The notes under the pieces were generated by a model, which ran no database searches, was not told where the DNA came from, and saw nothing but the letters and a program-made list of their open reading frames with translations. Positions 42,139-55,000 of a DNA stretch of 64,000 nucleotides are shown one piece after another (within the stretch, counting starts at the first letter, position 1; the number at the start of each line of letters is the position of its first letter). Made by a program: the position numbers and the translations under genes. The stretch lies in the NCBI GenBank assembly GCA_030141605.1, contig JAQGDQ010000636.1, positions 1-64,000 of the forward strand, written 5' to 3'. The DNA is from Tubiluchus corallicola. Taxonomy: Eukaryota; Animalia; Priapulida.

Positions 42139-45100
42139 TGTAGTTGTATACAATTTATTTATAGACTTGGATGTGTGGCGGAAGTCTAGAGATTATTCCA
42201 TGTTCTCACGTGGGACATATCTTCCGAAAACGTAGACCTTATAAATGGAGAACGGGTATCAATGTGCTGAAGAAGAATTCTGTGCGGCTAGCAGAAGTCT
42301 GGATGGATGAGTACAAGAAATATTTCTTCGAACGAATCAATAAGGACCTAGTAAGTGACCAGGATGCATAGTTGTGTTGCGAATTTGTATTTTGAAGTAA
42401 TTGGCCATTTTATAGTTCGTTGTGCCCACGCGAATTTGATGCAGGTCAAAGGTTAAGTGCACCATAGTAACGAGTCTTAACCACAACCGGCACATGACGT
42501 TTGGATAAAGCAAAGTTGTGTGTCGCATCTGTTCAGTAACTTCTGTTGTTTTATGTGGACTACTTAATTATGCATTTGTCTGTGTGTAAAGTGATTTACT
42601 AGCAGGATCTTGCTTGGAAACAAGAAAAATGAACTAGGTAAGGTTCTAGCTAGCTTCTGTTACCATTACTACAGCCTGGTCTGCGAGACATTGTCAAGTG
42701 TACACAAATGCGTTGTCTGGTACATTTAACCTTTGACCTTTTTACGATCATCATCAATCGCTGGAATTGCGAAACGGCTAATTTAATACAAAGAAAATCA
42801 AACCTGCCTTCATTCGTTGAACAATAAAGTTCTTATTCCACTTATAACGGCTTGTAAAATAAATTTTTAACTATAATTTCAAAGCTCACATTTAGATTTC
42901 AATGGTTCTTTGCCCTAGCTTTGGATAAGTGATTACAAGAAACATGCTAACTCAATGGCAGCTAGGAGGAGTGCTGTTTCAGAAAATTTTTATCACTGTT
43001 TACCAAAATTTTATGCAATATTGTGTAAAACGAAACATTTATGTAAAAAGGAAATTTATGTATCAATTTAATAAATAGTCTAAATTGTTACAGTTCGAGC
43101 TTGATTCGTTCATTCAAACCGAAATGCTTTGTCTTGTTGTACTTTCAGCAAAAAGACTAATGAAATATGATGTGTGTATGTGTATAGAGTTGTGAATAAA
43201 ACAGCTAACATTTGTCTTGGTTGCATGGTATTATGAAAGATTGTGATGTATGTGTAGAGTTGTGAATAAAAAAGCTAACATTTGTCTGGGTTGCACAGTA
43301 TTATGAAAGATTGTGATGTGTGTATGCGTAGAGTCGTGAATAAAACAGCTAACATTTGTCTTGGTTGCACAGTATTATGAAAGAATATGATGTGTGTATG
43401 TGTAGAGTTGTGAATAAAAAAGCTAACGTTTGTCTTGGTTGCACAGTGTTATGAAAGATTGTGATGTGTGTATGTGATAATGCCTTATGGCAAATGAAAA
43501 TAAAGGCCAAATTCGCTCGTGGAATGTTTTTGCTGTTGAAAATTATGTTAGTTTATGATGTTATCAATAGTTGGGCTCACCCGCCATTAATTAAGTTTTT
43601 AATCAATTATCTAATTACCAGAAACGCTCTTGCAGTATTACATGTGCTAACATGTTTACTTTTTACCACACTTAAAAATGAGGTGCATCTGGAAAATCAT
43701 CCTCTCTTCCTTTAAAAAGCTTCAAACTCACTGATGAACGTTCTCTGTTTCACAGGGTGACTATGGTGACGTGTCGTCACGGAAACAACTGCGCAAGGAC
43801 CTAAAATGTAAGACCTTTGATTGGTTTTTGAAAAATGTTTATCCAGAACAGTTTATACCTGGTGATTCTGTGGCATCAGGTGAGGTAAGCAACATGAGTT
43901 TTGACCTTTTTTGGATTCTCTGCTTTGCACCTTTTAGAGAAATTACAAAAGGCTACATACGTTATCTGGTTATCCCTGAAATATTAGAAAAATGTATGAT
44001 CTATATAAAAATTATCTGGTCTTTTAAAACCTGGTTTTAAAAATCATTTAAAACCTAAAAATGTGATGTAGTTTCCTATCTATCTTGTAGATGGCGACAC
44101 TTTTAGTAAAAAATTGCGAATTAAAAATCAAAATAAAACCATTTCAGTATTTTATAAGTTTCGTCTTGATGATGAATATAAACAAAAATTGCCTGTAAAA
44201 AATTGCAGTATATTGAACTTTGGAATGGTGATTTAAATAAACATAAACACAGATTAAAATCTAACTGTGTGTTTACTTGTTATTAGTCCTCGACTAAAAT
44301 GCAATGACATGTCAATTTTATTCTCTGCTAGTCTCAAGTGTAAATGTGTCCTCATCTTAGATTGTAACTAATAATGTAGATAAATTTACTAATTTTGTTT
44401 ACAATAATATCAATGTGGAAATTCTACCAATGACATTTTGATGGCATTTTTTTGATTAAAGAAACGTAATTTCCCAATATAGCATTTTAAGTTATACCTA
44501 CTGGGGGGTTTGCTTATTGTATATTATCCTATACAGTAATACACTCATATATAGGTTTGCTGAACTTCACTTTTATGAGAAAAATCGGAGAAAATCTGGA
44601 CAATTAAAAAGTCCCACATACTACGGACACTGTCTGTTGTTTCGCGAGCTGGCCACTAGTTGGCAGGCCGCCACTTTGTTTACATCATTACATCAGCGTA
44701 ACCAAGCAGCATAAAGCAACATGTGTGTATCTTGTATGTCAGCATAATTAAGTGGGTTAAACGAAAACTATACAATTGTTTACACTCAATCTCATTTTAG
44801 TTTACTGTACAAAATATACATTCTCTTGTCTATAAAAGTTACCAATTGTTTCTTATAATTATATTTGAATAATTAGCTTAAAAAGTTAATTAACGGCAAC
44901 CGAGAACAGCTTACGTCAGAAGGTAACCACAGTTGGTGCAATGGCAGGCATCTGCCCTTGTGCGTCAAGCACATAAGTGCTTGTGTTACAGTACTGCTTA
45001 AATGTGGGTTGTCACGAAAATGGGCTCTACGTCTTATGACGTCATAAACTATCACTGTAGTCATGATCATGGTTATCACAGTACCACCTTCTATTATAAT

Positions 45101-48100
45101 TGTCAGCCATGTGCGACAAAAAGGGGCCACTGCCAATCTTAGTAGATTCACTGAGCAGGGCGTAAGCTTTGAAAGTTTAACAAAATTTGAGCATCCGAGG
45201 TAATTATTATTTAATCTAGGCTTTGATTTAAAAAAATCTATTGTAGTTTTCAATATTTTAGAGCATTCCTTATTCTGGAACTAATGTTTGCACAGTCGTC
45301 CAGTTTTCCTTTAATCAGCATCAGCTATGGAGTCAGAAATATAGTCAATTATGTGGAGTTATATGAGTCAATTGCCGATAGTTTTTATATACTTTTGCAT
45401 AGAAGCAGCCCATACTAGACGTTTTTGAGACAATTAGGCGATTATTTCAACATTACCACGTGAGTCTAATACACGGTACCTACTGTAATAACATTTATTA
45501 GCTTAGCGTCAGTAAATATGGACAATTGGCAAATTCGAATCGACGTCTGCTCCCTTTTCTCCCGCAAACCAGCATATGAGTGTACTGATATTTTTAGCAT
45601 AAATTAAATTATTAGTATGTCCTGCTATTGTTCAACATTTTTGCTCTTTTTGTAGCAGACTGCCTTGTGTCTTCATGTTCCGTTGTTTCTAGGTTCGTAA
45701 TGCAGGTGACGGATCAGAATGGTGTCTGGATTGTGTCTCTTGTTTTATTTATAACAAGCCCGTAATTGTGTTTCAGTGCCATCGGCAAGGTGGCAACCAG
45801 GTATTTACTAACAAAAATGATTTACTAACAAGAATCTTAATCTTCTGGACTACTGTACATGGAATGTCATATATGGATAGCCAATTGTTGTATAGGAACC
45901 CAAGGCAAAAACTATTGAATGGTTCGCCCAAATGCCCACTAAAGAAATGAGAAACATGTCAGCCATGGGAAGAAATGCTTTTGTCTATTTTTAATGGTCA
46001 CTTCGAGCATTTGTTGTAAATGCTTGCTATTTAAAAGCTTCTGTATATTTAAGAATTCTAAAGGAATGACTGAAAATGTTTCTTGTTATACACAAATGTA
46101 TTATAAACGTCAGTGTGACAATCTTCATGCGATTTAAACATTTTCTTCTGATAATGTCATGATCTAAACTTTGGAACATTTTTTACGCCCCCTGGTATGT
46201 GTAATGTTCATTATATGCATCAGGTGGCGTAAAAATGTGCTTGTGGTATATGATGTATGTAATGAACATTCTGCATAGACACATAGAGATAGACATAGAC
46301 ATTTATTTTCTCCAAATGTGTCACAAATTTCAATTTTACAAAAAAATAACTTTATCCATGGAGATGGGGCGAGGAAAAACCATAGGTCATCTAGTCACTC
46401 ACCCCTTATAATTTAATATTGTAATAGCAGAGAAAAGAATTGATGACACTGGATGCAATTATTGTTAATTACTCAAATAAAATAATCAAAATAGAGCAAT
46501 AACAAAAAGAAAAATATAAAAACAAACATAACAGCAATAGCATAAGTGAAAAAAAGAATAATGACAAATGAAGATGATGAATAAGTATCACAATAATTAG
46601 TTACGAATAAATAAAATGATAATAATGCACAGTTGATTATAAAATTCTTGGCAAGAAAAAATAATGTGAATATGATTATATAACAGAAGAAACGTAAAAG
46701 CAAAGCAGAGCAGCTAATTTATGTCACCGTACACAAGTAATTGCTAATTGGGTGTCTGTATTAACAAAAATGTGTTTTAGCAATTTTTTTAAGCTAATTT
46801 TTATATACAATTGTAAAATATAATGATGATGAAATTAATCACAATGTCGTAGTTAATGTAGATTTCCCATTTATGCAACACTTTTATTATAGTTGTGGTT
46901 TTTGACAAAAGATGGAGAAATTCGTAGAGACGATGCTTGTTTGGATGTTGCAGGCAAAGATGTTATAATTTACCCATGTCACGGCCAAAAAGGAAACCAA
47001 GTATGGAAGTATGATCCCAATGTAAGTTTCTGAATATGTTTGTAAACTCGTTACTGATTTTTGTTTCACTCGATTGTTATAAAAGTTTTTATTTTAATGA
47101 TTTATCATTGTGTCGCCATCTTTGGCTGATGATTTGGAGACATTTTCTTAAGCCTCCTGTAACAGAAAAATGCAGTGAGTCCATGAATAATTTATTTCCC
47201 TCAAAAACTTGCCGTCTTGAACATTTATATCTTCTGCTATCTGGTAGTTTTCAAACTGGTCCGTAGAAAAAATTACTAAATAAGATTAGATATTATAATA
47301 TTTTTGTGGTGAGTGTCATTTTCACTACCGACATTGAGCAATATATTTGTACACGTATTTAGTTAGGCAACACTGTCACAATCTAGACAAGGCAACACTG
47401 TTAAAATCTAGACAAGGCAACACTATCGAAATTTAGCCAATGATGAGAACTGAAATAAATAAGTTATTTTTGGTGCAAAGGAACTTGAACTGCAACTGCA
47501 GTTGCTTTTTCTAAAAAAATGTCACAAGAACTAAGAACTTGGCTTGGTTTTTCTTGTCATGGAGGAAACTAGAGCCGAAGCTAGTTCCTTTATTTGCAGA
47601 AGAACTAGGAAGGTGGAAAGGCTTCCTAAAACTCAAAATGGAACCTGTTCTTGAAAACTGGAGAATGCTTACAACCCTGTTACTAAGTTACCACTCAAGT
47701 TACTGTAGCAGGCTGGAATTAATTCATTTACTCTTATTGGTGATTGCTAATTACTCACCAACTCCTTCAGGATCACGTCACTCAAATGGGCCTTGTAAGA
47801 ACTGTGACTTTTCTGCTACTGTGTCAGCACAAAAATGACTAAATGATTATAAATTAGGTACTGTTAATCTTGGTTTATCCAATCATGTGGTTTTTTTAAA
47901 CATTTATCAGTGATTTAATTGGATAAAATTAAGAGATACACGCCCTTTTCAGACTCTCCAACTTATCGTATTGAGTAGCTTAGTCTGGTGTACACTTGCG
48001 TGATCGTACACACTATAGCACACCTGCTTGCTATAGCCCAAGCTGTGCAGTATTCTGCTGCTTTTCCAAAACAAAACCAAACAAACAGTGAAGGACAAAT

Positions 48101-48633
48101 TAAGGTCGTTTCATTTTTTAAAGTAGGGCAGGCTTGAGGACGAATTGCATCAGTTTGCTGCATCTAAATAGTTAAAATTTTCTACATTAGCCGATTTCAC
48201 ACAAGTGATACAGTTACAGTACAAATGTTACAGTCACTGAAAGCTTTTTTTCAATTTTTTTCATCAAAAATCGATTTTTGGTTTGCCTAAGGTAAGTAAA
48301 CACATTTCACGTATAATTTTGCATGAAAATCCATTGTGTGAGGTGCAGAAACCTACAAAAATTATATTTGTAATCTATTATGTAACAGCTGCTTAGTGAG
48401 AGCAGTTTTTCATAAACTCAGAATCAACAAACTCTTACTGTCCTGAAGGAGTTGAGAACGTCTTTGTGAGTCACCATTATTATTGCTTGCAGGCAAATAC
48501 AATCCGCCATGAGTTGAGTGGAAAGTGTATGGAGATGACGAAAGACCACAAACATGTCAGTATGGAGAATTGCGATCAAACTAATCCACGGCAGCTTTGG
48601 GTTTTTGAAAACTACAAACACGAGAAATTATAG
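34282..48633 (+). CDS. pgant9: Polypeptide N-acetylgalactosaminyltransferase copy 1 (GT27, pgant9/gly-5-like), ~671 aa, 11 coding exons
   Basis: Exons 34282-34766, 35662-35829, 36373-36545, 38030-38194, 39662-39875, 40760-40877, 42165-42350, 43756-43884, 45693-45800, 46893-47021, 48493-48633; all GT-AG with an open frame. Type II TM, FHNEAWS, DSH (DxH), [15 protein letters not shown], ricin-B lectin with CLD/QxW. Orthology is from recalled motif similarity. Confidence 0.92.
34805..34958. mobile_element. Degenerate MITE-like element
   Basis: Begins CAGTGGCGTAGGAAG with a degenerate inverse end; mostly absent from the copy 2 intron. Confidence 0.35.
36643..37055 (-). mobile_element. Pogo/Tigger-type deletion derivative with transposase C-terminal remnant
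   Basis: TIR CCGTATTTTCCCATGTATAAGAGACCC and its inverse, TA flanks; minus strand 36958-36735 reads [31 protein letters not shown] followed by an acidic tail. Confidence 0.9.
41020..41375. mobile_element. Penelope-like inverted terminal remnant with hammerhead-like motif
   Basis: Imperfect inverted arms (~41035-41125 and ~41255-41345); CTGATGA-T-GACAG-loop-CTGTC-GAAA at 41265-41294 followed by AATAAA. Confidence 0.55.
41486..42027 (-). mobile_element. 5S rRNA-headed retroposon (SINE3-like) with RTE-like body and (CAA)n tail
   Basis: Near full-length diverged 5S (42027-41912) runs without a T-tract into a ~425-bp GC-rich body ending GAGACAGAAGGATGCCAACAACA; 11-bp TSD TATTATAATAT at 41475-41485 and 42028-42038. 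Confidence 0.8.
41912..42029 (-). pseudogene. 5S rRNA-derived sequence
   Basis: Reverse complement TACGGCCAAATCACGTTGAAAACACCGG..GAAGTTAAGCAACG..CTTGGATGGGTGACC..GTAGGCTT; several substitutions relative to typical metazoan 5S. Confidence 0.9.
42081..42135. repeat. (AC)n microsatellite
   Basis: Visible. Confidence 0.95.
43160..43478. repeat. ~72-bp tandem repeat x4
   Basis: GTGAATAAAA.AGCTAACATTTGTCTTGGTTGCA recurs four times. Confidence 0.88.
47870..48300. repeat. Interspersed repeat family (GTGTACACTTGCGTGATCGTACAC core)
   Basis: Other copies at ~58060-58500 (inverted), ~60790-60980 and ~61520-61920. Confidence 0.75.
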
Positions 48634-49194
48634 CAAACTCTAATAATTTGTGATAAAATGAAGTGATCAACATCGCTTCTTACTTCAGTAAATTCAGCTA
48701 GGCAAAGGTTGTTATGGTTGAAAAATCAAAGTCTTTTCAAAAATGATTTATTGTAGTACTACTGTGCATGATAATATATAACATGTTACGTTTTTTCCCA
48801 GCGGTTGGAACATCTTAAAATACAATAATAGTAATTTATTATAATTATGATTATTGATGCAAAACTACAATGTTATGGCATGGAACGAAACTTTTTAATT
48901 TTTTAATTAAAATAATTTTATTTAATATATGTACAATTTACATTTCATTTCTTGTTTATCTTTAGCCACTGCAAAATTAATACTGCAAGTTTTATAAAAA
49001 TTTTATGCTGCTTTGCACTGGTACATTATACAAACATGCAAACAAACCAAGCATGCAAGAGCGTACGACTAAGTTTCGTTTTTTTCACATAGAACAAATA
49101 GAACTAAGACTTAGCCTAAGTCTCAGGCTAAGATTATCTTCATACATATTCACTAGGCACTTGATTTCATCAGCTTTTGATATAACTATTGTTT

Positions 49195-49598
49195 CGATTT
49201 AATTTCGATTTACTCATGACTTGACATTGCTTCATTGTTTTGCTTCTTATATTGGGTTAAGTTCTTGATTTACTTGTAATTATTAGTTTTGTTTTTGATG
49301 AGTTTAAATTTTCCATTTTGTTTGCTAATTTAAAGTTTGCCTCCTCATAGCCAAACTTATTTATTGTTTCTAAATTCAAACTCATTTATTTTTATTTTAT
49401 TAAGTTGCTGATTATTTTCATTTGTTCATACCTTACTTGACAGGTCACTTAATTTTCTTCAGTTTGGATAGTGGTGGTTGACTTGGTGACCCTTGGTCTT
49501 TTCGCGACCCCGTCTCTTTTCCGTCTTTATTTTTGTTTTTACCTTTTGTTTATGTTCATTTTGTAACATTCAGAGACAAATAAATTTTTTACTTACTT
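49195..49598 (+). mobile_element. LINE 3'-end fragment with (TTAC)n tail
   Basis: Absent at the paralogous site (~32700); ends AATAAATTTTTTACTTACTTAC; imperfect TSD ACTATTGTTT / ACTGTTGTTT. Confidence 0.6.
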
Positions 49599-50104
49599 AC
49601 TGTTGTTTTGAGTCCTGATTTTGATATGGAAGTTAACAGTATTACAATTTCTGTGGATATGAAAAAGAAGGAATTACATTTTTGTAATTAAGAGTTGTTC
49701 TGACAGCTAGTAGAAGAGATACAGATACAATTCTCTGTTTCAAACCACTGCCTTGAATCCGTCTCCCACGTTACTGAATACGTCACCAAGATGATGTTCT
49801 TAAATTTTTATTGTGGAAGATGCCATGGATGTAATGACAGGTATTTAATTGGCACAAGATTGTGCTTAGAAAGGTGTGACTGTTAATTTTGAATTTGGAC
49901 TTTTATACCTGTTTAAATTCTTCAACTGCAGCAACAGAAATTCTTGACTAAATTGCATGCAGTACATTTATATAATTATATATTATAAGAAGTACTGTAA
50001 GACAATATTCAAATCAACTGTTGAAAATAATAATTCTTGTAATATTAATAGTAACAATGCTACCTTGTTTCCAAGCAAAATCTTTCTAATAACAGTCTAA
50101 TGCA

Positions 50105-51140
50105 TCGTATATATTTACATAGAAGACAACATATTTACAAATTTTTAGATAGAATTTGTAGAATTTGTAGATAGATATTTACATAGAATTACATATTTAC
50201 AAAGACAACATTATTGTTGTGTTTTGTTTCTCTCGGACGACTTATAGAGAAAACCAGAAAACGTCGTTAAATTAAGCTAGTTTATTATGCGAGAATTCTA
50301 CAACAGAAAAGTATGAAGGAATGCGAAATATACACAGTCAAGTGATAATCTAGATATATGAAAGCTAGAAAGTGTATCTGAGAATACGAGAATAAACTCG
50401 AGCGGCCAGCTCAGCCGAACAATCTAGAAAGTTCTCGAAACTTCTACAAGGCAAGAAGATTGTTCTACTATACTAACGAATATTCTAGATCTCCACAACG
50501 CTTATGTGCAGTTCGATGTGCTATTTAAGACCAAAAAATGCACCATTTTATATATGACCTGTGCACAAGTCGACCATAAAATATTACAATATTTCAGAGT
50601 AAATGATTAATAGCCTATTGTGTTCGTGTGTAAAATATGTGCAAGTGCCTATGCCGAGTGTATTATACCTACCCGTGGTATATATATTCATGTTGAGGGC
50701 CCTCAATGCAATCCATGATAATACAGCCTGGCTTTTCATCGCGCATAATTGCTTGTAATGCCTTTAACTCTAGGTTATCACGGATCCGTCGTAGCATTTC
50801 ACTCGCTAATTTCTCAATTAAGACTAAAAGCCTATACCTGAAACGTCACCGTTTTATTCAGTAACATCATTGGCAATTTCCATGTTCTCATCGGATGCTC
50901 TGTCGCTAGTTTATTTACCGGTAATACGTAAATTTCATTTAATTTCGCGTAATGTCAAGATGCGAACATTCTCTGATGTGAAGTATCACAGTATTAGTGT
51001 TTATTTAGTCCAACGTATAATGAAGGATTATTTCTCTACATATTTGTATCGTAGACGACTCTTTAACGACATCTCCCAAAAACAGATCGTAAGTATAAGT
51101 TGCCTCCCAAAAATTCGACTTGTACATAAGTATATACGGT
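50105..51140. mobile_element. Composite insertion ending in a pogo-like TIR
   Basis: Absent at the paralogous site (~33360); right end CGACTTGTACATAAGTATATACGG; degenerate left end near 50545. Confidence 0.45.
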
Positions 51141-52047
51141 CAGTAAATTTCACGTGAAAAACTAAAGTTACTAAATGATGCGGTAAACAGCTTTGCTTTG
51201 TCTACATGTAACCTGGCGGCTATAGTTGAGACGTATTGATGTGGTACGCTTAATTTTTGACCTATAGTATCTTTGCATACAGCAAAACTATGAAACGGCT
51301 TATTGGGTTGTGTCTTTTACATGGCTTCGCAATAATTATGATAGTCAAAGTGTCTTTCATTTCATAGTATAATACTTCAATGGTTTTATTTTCAGCAGTG
51401 GACTTCATTTATTAATAATTTGGTCATTAATAAAAATCATTTTGCATGAACAAGTGTAATTTGTAACTCATTTAACTCCAAACCCTTAGGATACATGCAA
51501 TTATTTATGACAATAATTAATTAAATGTTCCAATAACAAACACCCCAAACTGGGTATGTGAGGTAAAAATACAATGCATCCGGAACAAATCAAAATCAGA
51601 CCTTAGCCATTGATATCACGATGCGCGGCGACAAGTTGTAAGCCATACACTTGTAGTCGTGCTGCAGATGTCAAGGTTTCCCGTACTACTAGTCATTATA
51701 AGCAGCAAAGCAGACTGTTTTTATTTTAAGAAGAATTTGAAGTTTTGAACTCGCTAGTCACTAAAATTAACTAACCTTAAATATTCACATTTAACTTTGT
51801 TTTTTATCTTCATTTTTACTGCGTTAGACACAACAGAAAGTTTTTGTCCTGCAACACATTACTGGTGGTATGATTCAAAATTCAAAAAGCAGTGAGTGTT
51901 TGCTATAAATCTCTTCTGTTTATATTTTCCTCTCTCAGGGTGCAAACTTTAAGCTTGTTGCTCGGAAATCGTGACCTACCAAAACTCTGTATGTGGTAAG
52001 CACTGAACCTCTGGCAGTTTGGCGTGGTATGATAGGTATGAGTTGAA

Positions 52048-55000
52048 ATGTGGATCTTCAGGAAACAGTCTCTTATATCTAGAGCAATAATCCTGGTCCC
52101 TGCAATATGGTTCTTCTTTGTTCTAACACTCGTGCACTACGACTGGATAAAACCTGATCGTTTCAAACGCGAAGACTCTTTCCTGATGTTTCCTGGTGGC
52201 CAATCCGGAGGAATTTTTCAAAAAGCTTCCAAACCCGCTAATCTAATAGATACATTACACCATCCCAAAAAGACTAATCAAACTGAATTTTCGAACCATA
52301 ATTTACCTCACGGGCCTGCTGCCCAAGAGATTGCACAAAGACATATGGACCCTAGTGGGCCTCGAGGTCCAGCTAGTGACAGTACCAATAATGTAAATAA
52401 AGGCAATGCATTTGCATCTAAACCTAAAGTTAAACACGTAGAAGAAATAGTAAAAGAAAACGGAATAGATGGTGAAGAGAAAGATTTGCATGGAAAGCAG
52501 CAAGTTTACAAAATCATTCCGAGGGATGAACCGTAAGTTTTTGCACTTGTCTTCCATTTTACATTCTATTCAGTGGCACAACATTAAAACATGCAAAGAT
52601 CATGAAAGATACAGAACTACAGGTTTTCACAATAAAACAATCGACATTTAGAGAAACGTCACTGTTTCTCTCAAACTTATGAATCTGCTAAGCCACATGA
52701 CACCCTGTTTTCATTGGTGAAACATTCTATGCTGTATGTAGTAATTAAGTCAGCTATGATGATCTCTGACTAGGCAATTTTGTTGTAGTTTGAAAATTTT
52801 TGTTATTGTTTTGTTAGACAGGCCTCTAGCTGCTTATTCGTTGTGCACACCCCTTTCCTAAAGCTTGTATCCACCCCTGATGTGCGTGTGTTTACATATA
52901 TGTATTTAATTTGAATATGTAGTGTATTTTTACATGTATTAGTGCACATATGTATTAGTCTTACTTTGCAAATGGAGGTTTTTGTAATATTTTATTTTGT
53001 AAATAAATGTGATTTAATAATGACAATTGCTTTGTATACCAAAGATGATGGAAAATAAATGTGTTTATACAGAAACAGTTACGAAGCTAAAAAAACATCA
53101 ATCTTTCACTTGCGCTAATAGGTATGACCCTAACGCACCAGGTGAAATGGGAAGGGCTGTTAAGTTGGATAATCTCAATGAAGAAGAGAAGGTAAAAGTG
53201 GACGATGGTCAGAAGAAAAATGCTTTTAACCAATATGCAAGTGATATAATCTCACTTCACCGTCATCTTCCAGATGTCCGTGATCCTCAGTAAGTGTCAT
53301 TAATGTTCGCAATTTATCTAGTTTTTTAAAATCTAAAAAATCTTTAAAAATTAAACTGCCACTGCAAGATATTGTTTAGATAAAAAATAATCAAAGTATG
53401 GGCATGTTTTGCATTTTCGTAAACTATAACAAAAGTTTTCAGTTTTGTTATATCTAAGATTTTCATAACTTTTGTTAAATTTTTCTTTTTCAAATTTTTT
53501 CTCGACATGGTTAATAGAACATTAGATAGCAGGGTCTTGATTAAAACCATTGACTTGGTTAAAATTTGAGTGATTCATTACGTTTTCTTACTAGTTTTTG
53601 TTATCTTGTTTTTATCAAGACACAAAACAAGTCTCTTTTTGAAACATTTTTTTTTTAGTATACTGTGGTACTACAGGTAAATGTGTGTCATAAATACAGG
53701 TAAATTTACCTGCTTATAAATTCAGATTCTAAAGGTAAGCGAGTATTTTCATTTTCAGGTGTTCAAAGCAGACATACCTGCCAATTTCTCAACTTCCTGA
53801 TACCAGTGTGATTATATGTTTCCACAATGAAGCCTGGTCTACACTTCTACGTACGGTCCACTCGGTGCTTGACCGTTCACCTGCGAAACTGGTAAAGGAG
53901 ATTGTTTTAGTGGATGACTTCTCTGACATGGGTAACTACTGATTTTTTTGCTATTATGATATTCAAACAAAGAGAAGAAGTTCATAATTAATTCATTTTA
54001 AGACTTTAGATTCGATTATTCCACACAACACATAGATAGTTAGATACAGAGATATTTATTAATGTCAAAAATAGACACAAGAAAAAAACACACATGCAAT
54101 TTGAATTTTGAATTGAAAACCAAGAAATTTGTACAATTTATACAGAAATATAATGACAGTATGTACAAACAAAATAGTTATTAATAAAACAAATATTATT
54201 AAAACTTCTTGCTAGTTATTTTAGTTATTTAAATAGATTAGATTAAATAGATTAAATAGAAAAGATTATTAATTAGTATTTAAAATAAATTGTCATTCAT
54301 TAAGCCTCATTTTCAATAGTATGAACATTACATAGTATATTGTCCGTCATGTTTAGAAAACGCTTTTTCAACATAATCAATAAATGCCTTAATTATTTGT
54401 AAATTATTGCTTTCTATCAGGAATAAAAATTTATCAGCATCACTCTGAGGAAAAATTCGTTGATGCTATTACATAATTTTCCTCTAAGATCAATTTAATA
54501 TGGGCATTTTATGACAAGTCATTTCTTAAACAGTGTGAGCACATAATAGAGTCATCGTTACACCATAGATAATGTAAATATTAAATTTAACGATTATTTA
54601 ATTAGAATTTAACACTGTAGATAATTTTAAGAAAGTTACAACAATTCACTGAGTCACAAATCCCCCTAAAACCAAGCTTGATTCAAGAGATGAACATTGG
54701 CCAAAAATTATGATTAGCAGATTAGTGGATATAAGGAGAAATAGAAAAATTGGGAGATGTAGAAAAAAGAAATTTTGACTGACTATATGATAATTAACGT
54801 CAAATATCTATCAACTCTGTATTTAGATGAACTGTAACTTTGTTACTCTAATGCCACAACAATATTTTAGTTAGAACAATAACTATATACACGTTATACT
54901 GACACCACGTCTGAACCAATCTCTACACACATACTGAAATTTCAATAACAATGTTACCATTTTTGCCAGATCACTTAAAAAAGCCATTAGAGGAATACGT

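Noticed and set aside
43885-46892. Hidden mutually exclusive lectin alpha exons (also 59756-61102)
   Set aside because: No second CLD...GGNQ exon with splice sites was found by eye.
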